The notes under the pieces are model-generated. The model saw only the letters and a list, made by a program, of their open reading frames with translations, did no database searches and was not told where the DNA came from. Source: Amphiscolops sp. MND2022 (lineage: Eukaryota). From it: a stretch of 64,000 nt of DNA. This document shows positions 1 through 12,700 of the stretch, piece by piece. A program made the translations under genes and the position numbers. Position 1 is the stretch's first letter. Every line of letters starts with the position of its first letter. The DNA is taken from positions 81,406,001 to 81,470,000 of the forward strand of contig OZ076409.1 of assembly GCA_964187785.1 (NCBI GenBank), in the 5' to 3' direction.

Positions 1-59
1 CTTTTTTCAAAAAAAAGTAGAATGACTCCTAAATCAAAACATATCAGGTGTAACGGCTG

Positions 60-760
60 CTTGCCCATATTTTGTGTTGAAGATTGACAACAATTAAGTG
101 GCGCTGATTGGTTATTTAGTACTGTGGACCGTTACTAAAAATCGTGGTTTTCGCCATTTAAAGCAATATATCTTTTAGCTGGTCATCGGTGGGTTCTTGC
201 GATCCCACTTTACGCTAAGGTGGATCTTCTGAGATCCGTCACAAACTTCTCGTTCTGTATCTTCACGAGCTCCAACTTTCCAACTATGAGAGTAGCTACT
301 TTTCGCTCAGACTCTAGCGAAACGTTGTAAAGATTTGAGAGGTTAATTAGTATCGTGGTCCTGAGACCCAACTTGACTATAGCTATTCGGCCGTTAAAAT
401 CTCTATCTAGGAATGGTATGAATCTGGTTTACGATTCTTCAGCAAATATAAGTCGGATTCTGTGGTATGAATAAGTGACATTTAAGTGAATTACTAAAGG
501 TATTGACTATGTGGTGGGTTTGGCATGATTGTTAGGTGGGCTCGACAGCATGTTTAAAAAATGTAAATATCAAAATTCCAATAGTGTTACACATACCTCA
601 AAGTTGAATGAGAAAATCACAGAATAACTTGTATCACGAAATTGAGCATTGAGGCTACTTGTTGAGACCTGTTAGTGTGAGATTTGAGGGTCGACTTACA
701 CCACTTTCGGTGCTAAATGCTGGGATCCCAGAGAAGAAACCGAGTGAAAAGTTGCGTTAG
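60..760 (-). mobile_element. Penelope-like retroelement reverse transcriptase remnant (decayed)
   Basis: Minus-strand translation across stops and frameshifts gives, in order, LGSQHLAP (cf. MGSPLSP), RYV(DD)T, FAEES*TRFIPFLD (cf. FTxExExxxxLPFLD) and LNGRKPRFL (cf. LxxNGYPxxFI). This is the motif order of PLE RT and thumb domains. Boundaries approximate. Confidence 0.5.
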
Positions 761-1379
761 CACTTCTAGTATATGCATGCCAAGGCTCGAGGTGAATGAA
801 TAAGCGCTTCTGGAAAAGGGGGCCCTTTTTCCTATACGGCCATTTGTGCTGAGAGTAGTATTTTTCCAACTAAAATCTTGATAAATTTTCTAAGAGTTTT
901 GGATTATAAGTTTTATCATTCACGTTCGAATTTGAGTTTCTGAACTCATAATTGACTGGCGCCGTTATCAGGGGCTTTAGTAAAACCAAGGGAGTGATTG
1001 AACACAAAATGTTTTGAAATTTTGGAGGAAACGTAGACCAAATGTGAAAAAATTTTCAATTTTGACCAATATTTGGCTGAAAATTATATTTGTAACATCA
1101 GTTATGAAACAAGGTGAACGTTCATTTCACCCCAAAGCATTTTACCCTGAATAATTTCACCCTACGTCCATTTCACCCCAGGTCCATTTCACTCCATGTT
1201 CAGTTCACACCATCTTGTAATTATACGAAAGCGTCTCAGCTTAATCAACCATTTATCGATTTATCTTTGATGCTTACTGTCCTTGAGTTAGCTTTGATTT
1301 GATTGCCAGGCATACGTGTTAAATCATATGGAATACGTGAGTTTTTGATGAAGATTCGCAACATCCATTGTAGATTCGA

Positions 1380-2300
1380 TTACGCAACGAGAGCTCCTTT
1401 TTGAACGATTAACGGAAAAAATGGATTTTTTAGCGCCTTGTTCATGTATTACAATTCCGATAAGTGAAACTTTTCGGTTCCGATCGTTTGGTTCACATAG
1501 CAAGCATCGTTTGCTTATCTAATTGCTGAATACATGGAAGACGCTTTTCCTTCAGCGCTAAGATTGAAATTGTGTGGCAATAGCTCTTATTCTGAAACGC
1601 ATTCGAAACTTTTTAGGTTTTACATAGGACGACCTATTTTTTATCTGGTACAAAAATTTTGATAGTTGTTCAACCTTCCGAGTCATATGTGTCAAAACAT
1701 GAGATAGATACGTGACCATTGGTGGATAAATATTTCACGTTTTTTCTTCAATTTTTGCACATTTTGAAGTTTGATTTAAATAAGTTTTCTTCACATTTTT
1801 CTCGGTAGAAACAAAAGACACTCTTTGTTATTGAAAAACCACCTTGATAACAGGAACTCGTTACAGCAACCATGTGCATATTCTCAGGGTGCCAGAGACG
1901 AAGACTGCGAATTAGCCAGGCATAAAGGCTCAAAATCAACCAATAGATTTTTCTACGTATCGTGCAGTAATGCAGTAGGTATAAGTGCGATCTTTGCCAA
2001 CACCAAAGAAAATCTGTTTCTTAACAAAATTCACTACACAAGCCTAACGTTCTAACGATTTTGCGTACAACTCGTAACGGTAATAGGACACATCAGTTCT
2101 TCACGAACTTCTCTAAAAAGTATTGGGTTGACCCCATTCCCAAAACTATGTGCCTCTCTAGATTGGTGTGTCCAGCTTGTGTTAAACGTATACTTTGCTG
2201 TCTTTGGGGCTCATTTTTTCTCAACAACTTTTCCCCCAAACTCTTTATGGGTTTGTTTAGAGCGTTCACTATCATTTCGCCTCATTTTAATTATTCAAAT
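1380..2300 (-). pseudogene. Degenerate MULE (Mutator-like) transposase C-terminal half followed by a RING-finger-like remnant
   Basis: Frameshifted minus-strand motifs: EMGS..TFREV..VTSC (cf. DFExAxINAFREVF..VxGC), RKIVRTLGL, VLAKIALIP (cf. RKLMALAFLP), FIHQWS, EGWNN (cf. RTNNxxEGWHN), then CLLCEP...NCNT(C)EQ...RCVIESTMDV. Confidence 0.45.
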
Positions 2301-2606
2301 GCGTCTCAGATTAATTACTACACAAGCCTAACGTTCTAACGATTTTGCGTATAACTCGTAACGGTAATAGGACACATCAGTTCTTCACGAACTTCTCTAA
2401 AAAGTATTGGGTTGACCCCATTCCCAAAACTATGTGCCTCTCTAGATTGGAGTGTCCAGCTTGTGTTAAACGTATACTTTGCTGTCTTTGGGGCTCATTT
2501 TTTCTCAACAACTTTTCCCCCAAACTCTTTATGGGTTTGTTTAGATCGTTCACTATCATTTCGCCCCCATTTTAATTATTCAAATGCGTCTCAGATTAAT
2601 TACTAC
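2033..2606. repeat. Tandem duplication, 284-bp unit x2
   Basis: ACTACACAAGCCTAACG starts at 2033 and 2317. Paired ORFs in the supplied track (2061/2345, 2093/2377) are offset by exactly 284 and are nearly identical. Confidence 0.95.
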
Positions 2607-3935
2607 GGCAACAGTATTTCAATCTTAGAGCTAAAAGAAAAACGTCTTTAATCTAGTTACCAATTAAATAATCAAACGATGCTTGCTACGTGAACCACGA
2701 AACTGGAACCCAAAAGTTTCATTCATCGGAATTGTAATACTTGTGAACAAAACACGAAACATTTTCTCTGTTCTGTCAATCGTTCAAAAACCGACCCCTT
2801 TTCGGTCTTTTTTTCGGTACTGTGAAATTGAAAGTTTATTCAAAAGAGTCCTTTATGCTTCGAAGTACAATTTCGCTTTTTGAGCCCTAAAGGGGGCGCA
2901 GAATTACGCCGTTTTCCTATTGTTTTGCTTACATATGGCAAGAACCTGACGGTCAAATTATAGTTTAGTTGTTAATTGGTTAATTAGGGCGAGCTAGACG
3001 ATCAGAATGAATTATTCTAGCAATAAAATCTAGAATACCTTTGAGACTTGATTATTTTGTAAAGCTAATAACGGCGAAGCCAAAAAATTATGCCAACGAA
3101 GAGGTTCGAAATTTGTACGAGACTAAAAAAACTTTGCTTTTTATTGGTTTTATGTAGCACTTTCATTTTTAAACACAGAGGCGAAGCCGTCCTTCGCAAA
3201 CACTTGCGAACTTTTGAAGAAAACCAAATAATCAATATCATACGGAAAACCAAGGGTAAAAGGAGATTAAAATTTCATCAATTTTACAGCGCCAAAAAAT
3301 ACCCGAAGGGATACGCGTAAGCCTCGAAAACCATTCTTCCCCAACTGAAAACAGCAAAAAACCCATTCTTTCTCAACGGAAAACCTTAAACAGAAAATAG
3401 AAAAAAATTCAAAATTTCTTTGGGGCTCATTTTTTCTCAACAACTTTTCCCCCAAACTCTTTATGGGTTTGTTTAGAGCGTTCACTATCATTTCGCCCCC
3501 ATTTTAATTATTCAAATGCGTCTCAGATTAATTACTACGGCAACAGTATTTCAATCTTAGAGCTAAAAGAAAAACGTCTTTAATCTAGTTACCAATTAAA
3601 TAATCAAACGATGCTTGCTACGTGAACCACGAAAATGGAACCCAAAAGTTTCATTCATCGGAATTGTAATACTTGTGAACAAAACACGAAACATTTTCTC
3701 TGTTCTGTCAATCGTTCAAAAACCGACCCCCTTTCGGTCTTTTTTCGGTACTGTGAAATTGAAAGTTTATTCAAAAGAGTCCTTTATGCTTCGAAGTACA
3801 ATTTCGCTTTTTGAGCCCTAAAGGGGGCGCAGAATTACGCCGTTTTCCTATTGTTTTGCTTACATATGGCAAGAACCTGACGGTCAAATTATAGTTTAGT
3901 TGTTAATTGGTTAATTAGGGCGAGCTAGACGATCA
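2486..3935. repeat. Direct duplication of ~519 bp (2486-3004 and 3418-3935)
   Basis: Near-identical copies offset by ~932 bp (ORFs 2683 vs 3615), separated by ~413 bp of other sequence. Confidence 0.95.
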
Positions 3936-5423
3936 AATCAAGACACCTTTGAATTTATATCATTTATTGTGAGGTGAAAATAAACGTGGGGTGAAATGAT
4001 ATGGGGTGAAATAAAAAGGGTGGTGAACTGATACTAAACTATGTAACAAGAAAGCTGAATAAGTTTTGCGGCATAATGTACAAAAATACTCTTTTCAAAC
4101 AGAGGTCTATCTACAGTTTTCCTATACCTATTGAGCTAATTCAGTTATCAACCTCGACAACGTAAGATCCTCGAACATGAGAAACGAAACGCTTTTGAAA
4201 AACTCCCAGATCCGAAACTTGAGAGATTTTTTTCTTGAAAATAAGTAATTCTCCGCAAAATAGACACCATTTTCGATATTTTTTCGATTAATTTAGTTCT
4301 TGAATTATAGATCTGAACATTATTATTTTTTGAACAGTAACGTGTGAAACCGCAATTAGAGTTGCTGAATAATACCACATACTTTCATTACCAGCCTTTC
4401 ACTACCAATTTGTTGCCGGAAAATATTGAAACAATGCCTATTGATTTCAACAATTCAAGAGACTTTTAACTGGATGAATGGTTTACGACTCTTTCCAAAA
4501 ATATTCAATTTTTTTCCAAAAACACGCTGGCAAACCTAATTATGAAGCAAACGTGTACTTCCAATAATCTAGAGCTGCTCAATATTTATGTAGAAAAATT
4601 AGATTTCGCGGGTGGAGAAATTTCCGAAGATCGGTAACCACAATTCAGCCACTCGCAAAATCCAGAAGTTCAACACTACAGTCGTGGAAAAACGTTTCCG
4701 TAGTGAAAATTGAATTTGCATATGACATCAATAAAAGTCGTTATAACGTTTTATTGGGTAAATGAAATAAAATGAAAATTGAAACATTTGAATATTAGAG
4801 AAACATATCAGAGATAATTTTTGAATCAAATAGTGTTTTTCAATCTTATAAACATTATTCATACGGAAATTATAGCGGAAACAAAACAATGAATGATACT
4901 GAAACCGTGAAAAGTTTGTTCATTAACTACGAAAACTTTTTTCCATTTCACAATCGCTTTTTTTCAGAAATCTTGTCAACTCAAACAAATGTTTATAAAA
5001 CTGAACGTTTCAATTAAAAATGTCTCAACATAAACAGTTTTCCGGTAAAACTGATCTTTTCCATTCAAAAACTCAGGCTTTTTTGTGGCCTCCTGAATCT
5101 AAAAAACCAATGGTTGTTTGAAAAAATAGTCTAAACTAAGCTCTTATAACTGGATCATTGCGAGATTGGACAGGGAAAAAAAACCTTGAACAGTGAATTT
5201 CATTGCGTTTTGAATGCCTCTTAAAATTGTTGATTTTCAGGTTGGCTCTGATCACCTACGCGAGAGAACTGAACCGCTGCTTTGCTTAACCGAAAAAAAA
5301 ATGAAATTGAAGACAACAATTTCGTCACGGAACAGCTCTTTTTTCTAGCTTTTCTTTTTCAACTCTTATCGGTGCCAATGAGCCGATGGTACTCTTATTG
5401 ATAGAGGCGCCAAATAGTATTAG

Positions 5424-5493
5424 ACAAATCTAAGGCATGTATACATGTCTTAGATTTGTACAATACCTGTGTATACATACACAGGTATTGTAC
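5424..5493. repeat. Two abutting 36-bp palindromes (twin hairpin)
   Basis: ACAAATCTAAGGCATGTATACATGTCTTAGATTTGT (5424-5459, one G/T mismatch) overlaps by 2 nt with GTACAATACCTGTGTAT-AC-ATACACAGGTATTGTAC (5458-5493, perfect 17-bp arms). Confidence 0.95.
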
Positions 5494-6532
5494 TATGCTC
5501 GCAGTAGGCAAATGATTACTCCGTCTAGTTTCCACTATGCCTGCAGAGAATATTTAGGGTGATAAAGTTCAAAATGACCGTCCAAGCAATTACTCAACAG
5601 AGCCAGACACAAGTGCATTTTGTGACAGAAAAAATGAATTCTATTTCCTTAGTTAGGAAAAACACAGGTCTTTTTTTAACGGCTGTCTAAAACTAGCGCT
5701 CTGGAAAGTTTTGTGTCTGAACTTTGGGTGGGTTCTTTCCGCAAGTTTGCATGCAGCAACAGCAACAATCACTGCTCATAAATTTCCACCTGCGGAGATG
5801 CGAGACAATGGGAAAATATTTTCAAAGGACGCAGCACTTATGCATTTATGTCTGTTGGACGTGCATCAAACATTCCTTGCAAATGAGTGGAACCTGAAAT
5901 TCGACGAACTTTTTTCTTTCTTCCCAACAGGTCTTAATGCTCTATTCATCATCTGACTAGACGATATCATTACTTGAAATTGACGATGTGTTTTTTCCCT
6001 TTGCAGTCTGCCACACGAATATTTGATTTATTACATTCATACATACACACATGGCACTTTTACCTCAAAAAAAATCATTATTGTTAACCAATACAGCTGA
6101 GCCGTAAGTACAACGAGCCGTCGATTTTCTGAACAAAAGGAGCACTCAAAATTATCACAAATTGAACCCACAGAATATTTTAGCTATTAAAAGTAATTTT
6201 TCTAAATACTAAAAAAAACTACTAAAAGTTTTTTTCTAGGACCAGGTTCATGAAACCTTGTCATTAGTTGTCCAATTTAATCGAAAACCTTCGAAGAGTT
6301 GTGAAAAAGCTAGTGTGACTTCGATCGATGCTCAAGTAACGGCGTTAACCAGGTTCCAAAGTCTTTTCGGTTGAAATGAACGACGGACCTTTTTAATCAG
6401 ACTCTTTTGTTTGTTGTTGTTGATAAACATTATTGAAAAACCAAGATACTGTTGTTTCTTGAAACATTATCGATGATTTTTCATAGATCGTTGGAAATTA
6501 ACACTATAATGTCAAATGCATGAAAATTTCCC

Positions 6533-6851
6533 GGTACTCCTGACTAAGTGTGGTCCCAAGCGATTTCTCCTTACGAAGTGTGGTCCCTACTATATAAGTG
6601 TGGTCTCTGTATATTTTGGCGGAATTATTATTATAACGTCGTCAGCTATGTTCACATACTCCTAGTGCCCTAAATGCAGGTGCGAAGCGACGTGCCATAT
6701 GGCCATGCCTCAATGTTGCTACTAGGCGAAGGGAGCGAAGCGACCGAGTCATACATCAAATATGCTAACCCATTCTAGGGACCACACTTAGTCAAAAGTT
6801 TTCAGGCCGGCTGTATAAATTTTGTAGGGATCACACTTAGTCAGGAGTACC
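6533..6851. mobile_element. MITE, 319 bp, with ~25-bp TIRs and AAGTGTGGTC subterminal repeats
   Basis: Left end GGTACTCCTGACTAAGTGTGGTCCC; right end GGGATCACACTTAGTCAGGAGTACC. Flanks AATTTCCC / AATTTGCC (7/8 match, probable TSD). Confidence 0.85.
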
Positions 6852-8029
6852 AATTTGCCAAAGTTGAAACCAATTTCCCTAATCGAGACTGACAGCAACC
6901 TAGGTGCATCTAAAATGAGAACTGTTTCTTGCTTGCAAATTATTCTAGACTTGCAAAACTTGAAGGCTTAAAACTGCCGCCAAAACGTTGATGAATTTTT
7001 CAAGCAGCTTGAAAAAAGTTAAATACAACAGGGAAATATTTTTGCATGATATTTTCCGTGAGATGTTTAGAAAATCAAAATACAAGTTGCTGTCAACTTC
7101 AAAGTGCATGCAAAAAGTTCAAGCAATTCCTACAAAAGTTATCCGTAGATTAGGTTAGTCTAGCAATTCTTAACCCCTCATTTCCCCGTTATTCAAAATG
7201 TTGAATTTGACGCGGCTAGTTTGAAATTCAACAACTCCCAAATAATTTTATCTGGATAATCGAGCGTCCCTTTAGTGCTATACAAGGCAACCGTGCAGTA
7301 TGAAATATCCCCAGTCGAGACTGGTGGAAATTTTTCCAGGTGTCAGTCAGGCCTGTTTGTAAGTTACTTGTTTAAAAAACCTTGAAACTTCAGCAAACTT
7401 CGGTGGTAAATTTTGTAGAATTACACTGCAGCTTACCTTATTGGAGTTAAAATTGTAAACGTTTTTCCACTTCGTTGCCGACACGATCGCTTTGTACTTA
7501 CACTTTATTTTGCAACTACTCGTCTGATGCAATCACCGCTTCTCGAATAGCACGCCGAAGATGGAGCTAGTTTGTTGTTTATCTTGTGAATGAAGTCAAC
7601 TCGCTCTAAATTGGCGGTGAAAATGATAACATCTTAGTTGCATTTGAAATTAGAACGGCTTTTTATTGAATTTTGCAAAACTCCAATGCCTAAAATTGCC
7701 GCCAATTTTAAGATGCTTCTTTGAAGCAGCCCGATATAACCCGAGAACTGAAAACAATTTTAGGGTAACTAAACCGTTGTCCAAACTTTTTGTGACCAGT
7801 TCAACATTAATTTTTCAATCGTCCGAACACTTTCGTGAAACGCGTTTTGACATTAAACTTTGAGACCACTGGAAAACGAATTGAATTCTCCATTCAAATC
7901 AATCAAACTTATTGCAAATATTCATTCAAGCTATAGTTTAAACTATAGTTCGAATTACCGTTTCTTATAGTTAGGAACTCGGTTAATGCGCCAATGTACG
8001 TGATTTTAGGGAACTTCAGTGGTCGTTGA

Positions 8030-8900
8030 ATTACAATTGCTCTCAATTTTGGACATCCACTTTCTTTTAACAAGGTTGTGCCTCATTTTCTCGCTCATTT
8101 GCTTTTAAAAAGTGACGTCGATTTAGAGATTGATCGCATCTCAGGAAAAAGGAGTGCTAAAATTTGCATCAAAAACAGCTGTTTTCTTTCACATATTTCA
8201 AGAATACCACATGCAAATATCTTTGCCAGTAACCCCCACTTTTTTACATACAATGCAATGATGTGTTTACTCTACAGTTTTTTCAAAAGCTTTCCAGGTG
8301 AAAAAATTGCGAATTTAGTAAAGGAAGAGTGTTTCCTGAATGCTCAAATTTTTTGTTCATTTCGCCTCACTTTTCGACAAATATTGCGAAATACGAAGTG
8401 CGCTGAACAAATATTTCAATAGGGTCATGCTAGGAAGATGTTACGTTAACATCGCTGCTTATATTTTTCGCGTGATTTGTCTGACTCAAAGCGAGCGTGA
8501 TTAACGTTGTGACTGCAGTGGCACAATGTAACAATGCTATGACTTTTTTCACGTTTTTCATTTAAGGCAGCTTTTCATGCGGTCATCCAGTCATGTCGGC
8601 TAAATTGCAAACGTGGAGAAAAACAACAAAGATACCGGAGAAAAAACAACAAGTGAAATTATAAAATGCAGCACTGTAGCTGGCGATAATAGAGAAGTGC
8701 CTGTGTTTAATATTCACAGCAAAGGGGTCTTTTGACACCATTTATTACTTACCCAGACACTTTCAATATTCCAGTTATCGCTAGCCACACCACAGTCTCA
8801 AAGAATGTGTAATTTCCCTCAGCGCTTTTAAAACTTCCTCCTTCATCCAATAATGCTATTCTTCATTACTACGGCGCGTTTGGGATTTGATTGAAAAAAC
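8030..8900 (-). pseudogene. Highly decayed pogo/Tc5-like DDE transposase remnant
   Basis: Scattered minus-strand motifs in the expected order: LRLW (HTH region), NLADMTG (cf. NADETG/NxDQTG, first catalytic D), KSG.VT and W..FLKYVKEN. Many stops and frameshifts. Confidence 0.3.
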
Positions 8901-9769
8901 TGTTTCAATGGCGGAAATTCCAATAGCACTAACTGCAGTGTTAGCATTTCTTACCATTTCATGCCAACACGTCGCACTGTAGTCAAGATCGCTGAGACCT
9001 TAACTGAAAACCATCCAGATTGGTCGCATATTGAACTATACCGGCCTCTTTGCTCTCAGTACCGGCCTTTTCATTGTGGTTCGTCGCAGATTTCAACCAA
9101 CGTCACTCCTAAGTGAGAAATTTCATCACACTGTTTTGTTCACGTTCAAGTACTCGAAAATCTCAAAGTATGTCCTTTTAGTTTAATGTCAAACTTTTCG
9201 GCGTTCTGTCACGCCAAATTTTTTTACGACACATTCCTCTCTGTATTCAAAGGAATCTGCATAAATTATTCATCTTCTAATCATTACGGAGCCGGTTATA
9301 AAACATGCTTACTCTTGGGATTACTACCTGGAACAACCTTTTATGAAGATAGTAGACGAGCCACCTACTTTCTACAAGTTTATTTCTAAACTTCATCATG
9401 GTACATTTTTTTACAATCCATATGGGCAGAAAATGAAATATCATTCTACCTGATTCTTCTTAGTTAATATCATCCTCTAGTTTTTTCTAAACAACGTGAA
9501 CTGGAATATTTGCCGTATCAGACTATTTTAGATCAGAAGAAGCTTTAAGAAGACGTATACCTAGAAACATGCGATTATTATGTGTTGTATGATAGGTAAA
9601 AAACAAAGCTACAAATAAATAATCTGTTCTACCTAACATAAATTGCAACCACTGTAAGAAAATCCAACTCAGGTGTTTGGAGAGTTTTACCTCCAATTGA
9701 AAACTTAACAAGAAAAGTTCGTTTTGGTGGGTAAGCCAAATCACTTGTAGTTAGTGTCAATTTCTTTCT

Positions 9770-12700
9770 CCAGTTTTGGCTCTGTCGACAAAAATTGAAT
9801 TTAGTATGAAGATGGTGGTTATAAAATCCAATCGAATACGTTCGCTAAATACAATCGACAGTTCCTAAAAAACGATACGGATACCACATCGAACCCGTGA
9901 TTCAGACAGGTTCGTTAGGCACAACTCAATCATAAGGAAGTTCCGACTTCAACGAAGTCACAAGTCTCGGACTATCTATTCTGAGATATCGACAACTCAA
10001 TCCACGAGACTCTACTTGCTACTAGCTCTTTAACTCAGTTGTGTCTTTTTTAATTCTATTTCATTTCTTCCCTCAGGTGTTGTTTGTTTTTCACACGTGG
10101 TTCGGGTGGAGACATCTTAACTTTTCATCAAAATTTGCATTTTCCTTATTGGGCATCGGAATCTTGAATTTGCATGTGTTTACATATCCTTTTATGGCAT
10201 GACAAAGCCTACTAGTAATTAATTCACATAATTTCCTTTACTACCAAAGACAAATAGTTCAACCACGCTCCCGAAATTCACATTCAATGATAATTCAAAT
10301 CTCGAATGATATTTATATAGTCGAGTCAATGCTATACTCGCTCAATGATCTTTTATTACATGGTGTTCCCTACACGTGTAGGCCTTTTTCCATCATTTTG
10401 AATGAAGCTCATCGCGAATCTCTTCTCGTAACTGAAATTGTAACGCAGATCACTCTGATCTACAGGTTTTAAAAAACTTTTTTTCATATAACCTGGGTCG
10501 CCCCTGAGATGACCTTGGGGCCCGCCTGTGTCCTTGATGCTTCTCTGTGTCAACTAACATTCCCATATGTCGTGTTCTAGGTCTTACGGTTGCTAGGGTC
10601 CGAGTCACATAATTTGTGTACCGTTTGTTCACTTAAAGCAGTTACCCGCGGATGGGTTACAAACACTCTTCCATTCGCTTTAGTATTAGCAAGATATTTG
10701 AAGCCAAGTTTAAGTGTCTCTTTTTTGCCGGTCCAGGTTGTTAGTCAGGTTTTTGGCAATTGGGTTAACTAGCTAGGATTTACTTAACACTCTAGGTTTG
10801 TTTACATAGGGTTATTGCTCCCCCTGTGCGTGTCTCTGGCTTCCGAAAAATACGTAAATGACTCGAAAACTAATGTGCGATCCAATTCAGATACAACATG
10901 ACTTAGTCGAAGCTCTCTCGACAAGCCAGTGAGGGTCGATCCAGTGCATTTCCTGACTGGGTTCCGCCTGTACTAACGAGTTGCACAACAGCTCATGTTT
11001 TTGTGTGCCAAAGTTCAGGTCGCTACGTTTAATTCTTTGGGCAATTCGAGTGAATCCCACTGGGAGATTCAATTCAGCTAATCTGCATTAACATAACACG
11101 ATATGATCAGCCGTTCAGCTGCCATGACTTTTTCGGCGCGTCTAAAAACGTAATAAGACTAGTTCTGTTCATATTCTGGGCTTCGCACGAAATATTGGAA
11201 ATGTTTGAAAACGCCGCAAAATAACAATTCTACAACCACTGAAAATATCCGACAAACATATGTGTTAAAGTTTGTTTACCATCAGCTTTCTATCTTTAGT
11301 TTGAGTTTCCATGACCTCTAGAAGTCGATGATGTGACACTAACCACCCCCTGAATAAATTGTATATTTGAGGTTAATTAGTAGCCGGACGTGTTTGTGTT
11401 GCTTTCGCGTTTCATCGCTGTGATCTGGTTCAGTTGGATTCGGTAGTCGTTTGTCCTGGAGCAGAAAATTTCTTACTTCGTTTTTGTTAGCAGTATCTAA
11501 AAGTTTGTTATCAGAATTTATCTAGCTTTTGGTAAACTTTTGGATTAGCGGACCGTTATTTCGGTTTATTTTAATGCCTGAGTGGACTTTTCATCTTCAG
11601 CTCATCTTCGAGGTTTATCTGGATAGGAATGCCGTCAATATAGTTGTAGCATTCCAAATCACCTCGGCTGATGTTGTTTGTTTCAGTCGTTTTAGGTTTT
11701 GACTGAAATTGGCTTTTTTTCGTTGGGAGTGCAATCCATCTCTGATCAAATCGCCCAATAGCTGCTGTTTTCATATCTGGAGTTCGATATTCCTGGTGTC
11801 TTTTTCTTTCGTTTGTTGGGGTTTACCTGTCGTTCGTTTCTGTCTCGTTACCACGTTCTTCGGTGATATTGGGCTCAAAAATGTTACTGAGTTTGTTATT
11901 AGATTCCGGTATTTTCTCTATTTTGCCCGTTTTTGGTGTCCGGTACCTGATATTGCTATTCGCGGTTAAGTGTTGAACTTGCTATCGAAGCAATATATCG
12001 ATTCTTCTTGCACAGGCATAATTGTGTTCTGTTTAACTTACCACACAATACTGGTGGTTATTTTCTTGACCAAGAAAGTTCCGCAGGATGTGGAGTTTTT
12101 GTGATTTCTATTTTTCTATTTTCAGTTCTCCGCTATTAACTGTACTTTCTTTGTTGTCTTCTTTGATCAGTATCTCTAGGTCCATATCAAGTCGAATTTG
12201 ACTTCCTTGATGTTGTTTCCATGCTACTTGTTTTTGACTGCTTCTCTTCCACAATTTTGCTATCTTTTGCCAGCATAATTTAAACTGTGTCGAGTGAGGA
12301 AAGTCACCTGTGTGGAGTGAGGAGATATATCGAAAGTAATTGTTGTTTCTGGTGCGAATAAATGCAAAAAATCCTTTAAGGGGTCCCCTCTTTTGGGGTA
12401 TAGTGAAATGCTTGCAAAGTTACAGGAAAGGTCAAAAGGCCCCCTTTGTGTTTTGTTTCGGCAATATGCGACTTTTTTTCCTGGTTTCGTCTCAGATTCC
12501 TCCTTTAATTTTCAGCAGAGACAAAGCGTTTTGCAAAAATACAAGGTCCTCGTAGTTTTTTAATAACTATGCGACCTGTCGAATTCCTGTTCCCGAGCAA
12601 AAAATATTGAAGAACATTTTTTTTGAAGTTTTGTGCTCAATTTTTGATTTTCTGAGGTTTTCTTTTCAGGTTTTTCTTTTGAAGAAACGAAACAAAGGTT

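Larger units (their letters stand above)
1114..4035. mobile_element. Rearranged MULE-like element bounded by inverted arrays of TTCACCCCA subterminal repeats
   Basis: Repeated TTCACCCCA/TTCACCC at 1124-1212 and the reverse complement TGGGGTGAA/GGTGAA at ~3975-4030. The interior holds transposase-like remnants and duplications. No clean TSD found. Confidence 0.5.

Noticed and set aside
5700-5950. C2H2 zinc-finger-like remnant on the minus strand (ICKEC...HKCCVL*KYFPIVSHLRR)
   Set aside because: Contains stops, lacks the second His, and the spacing is imperfect; it could be chance.
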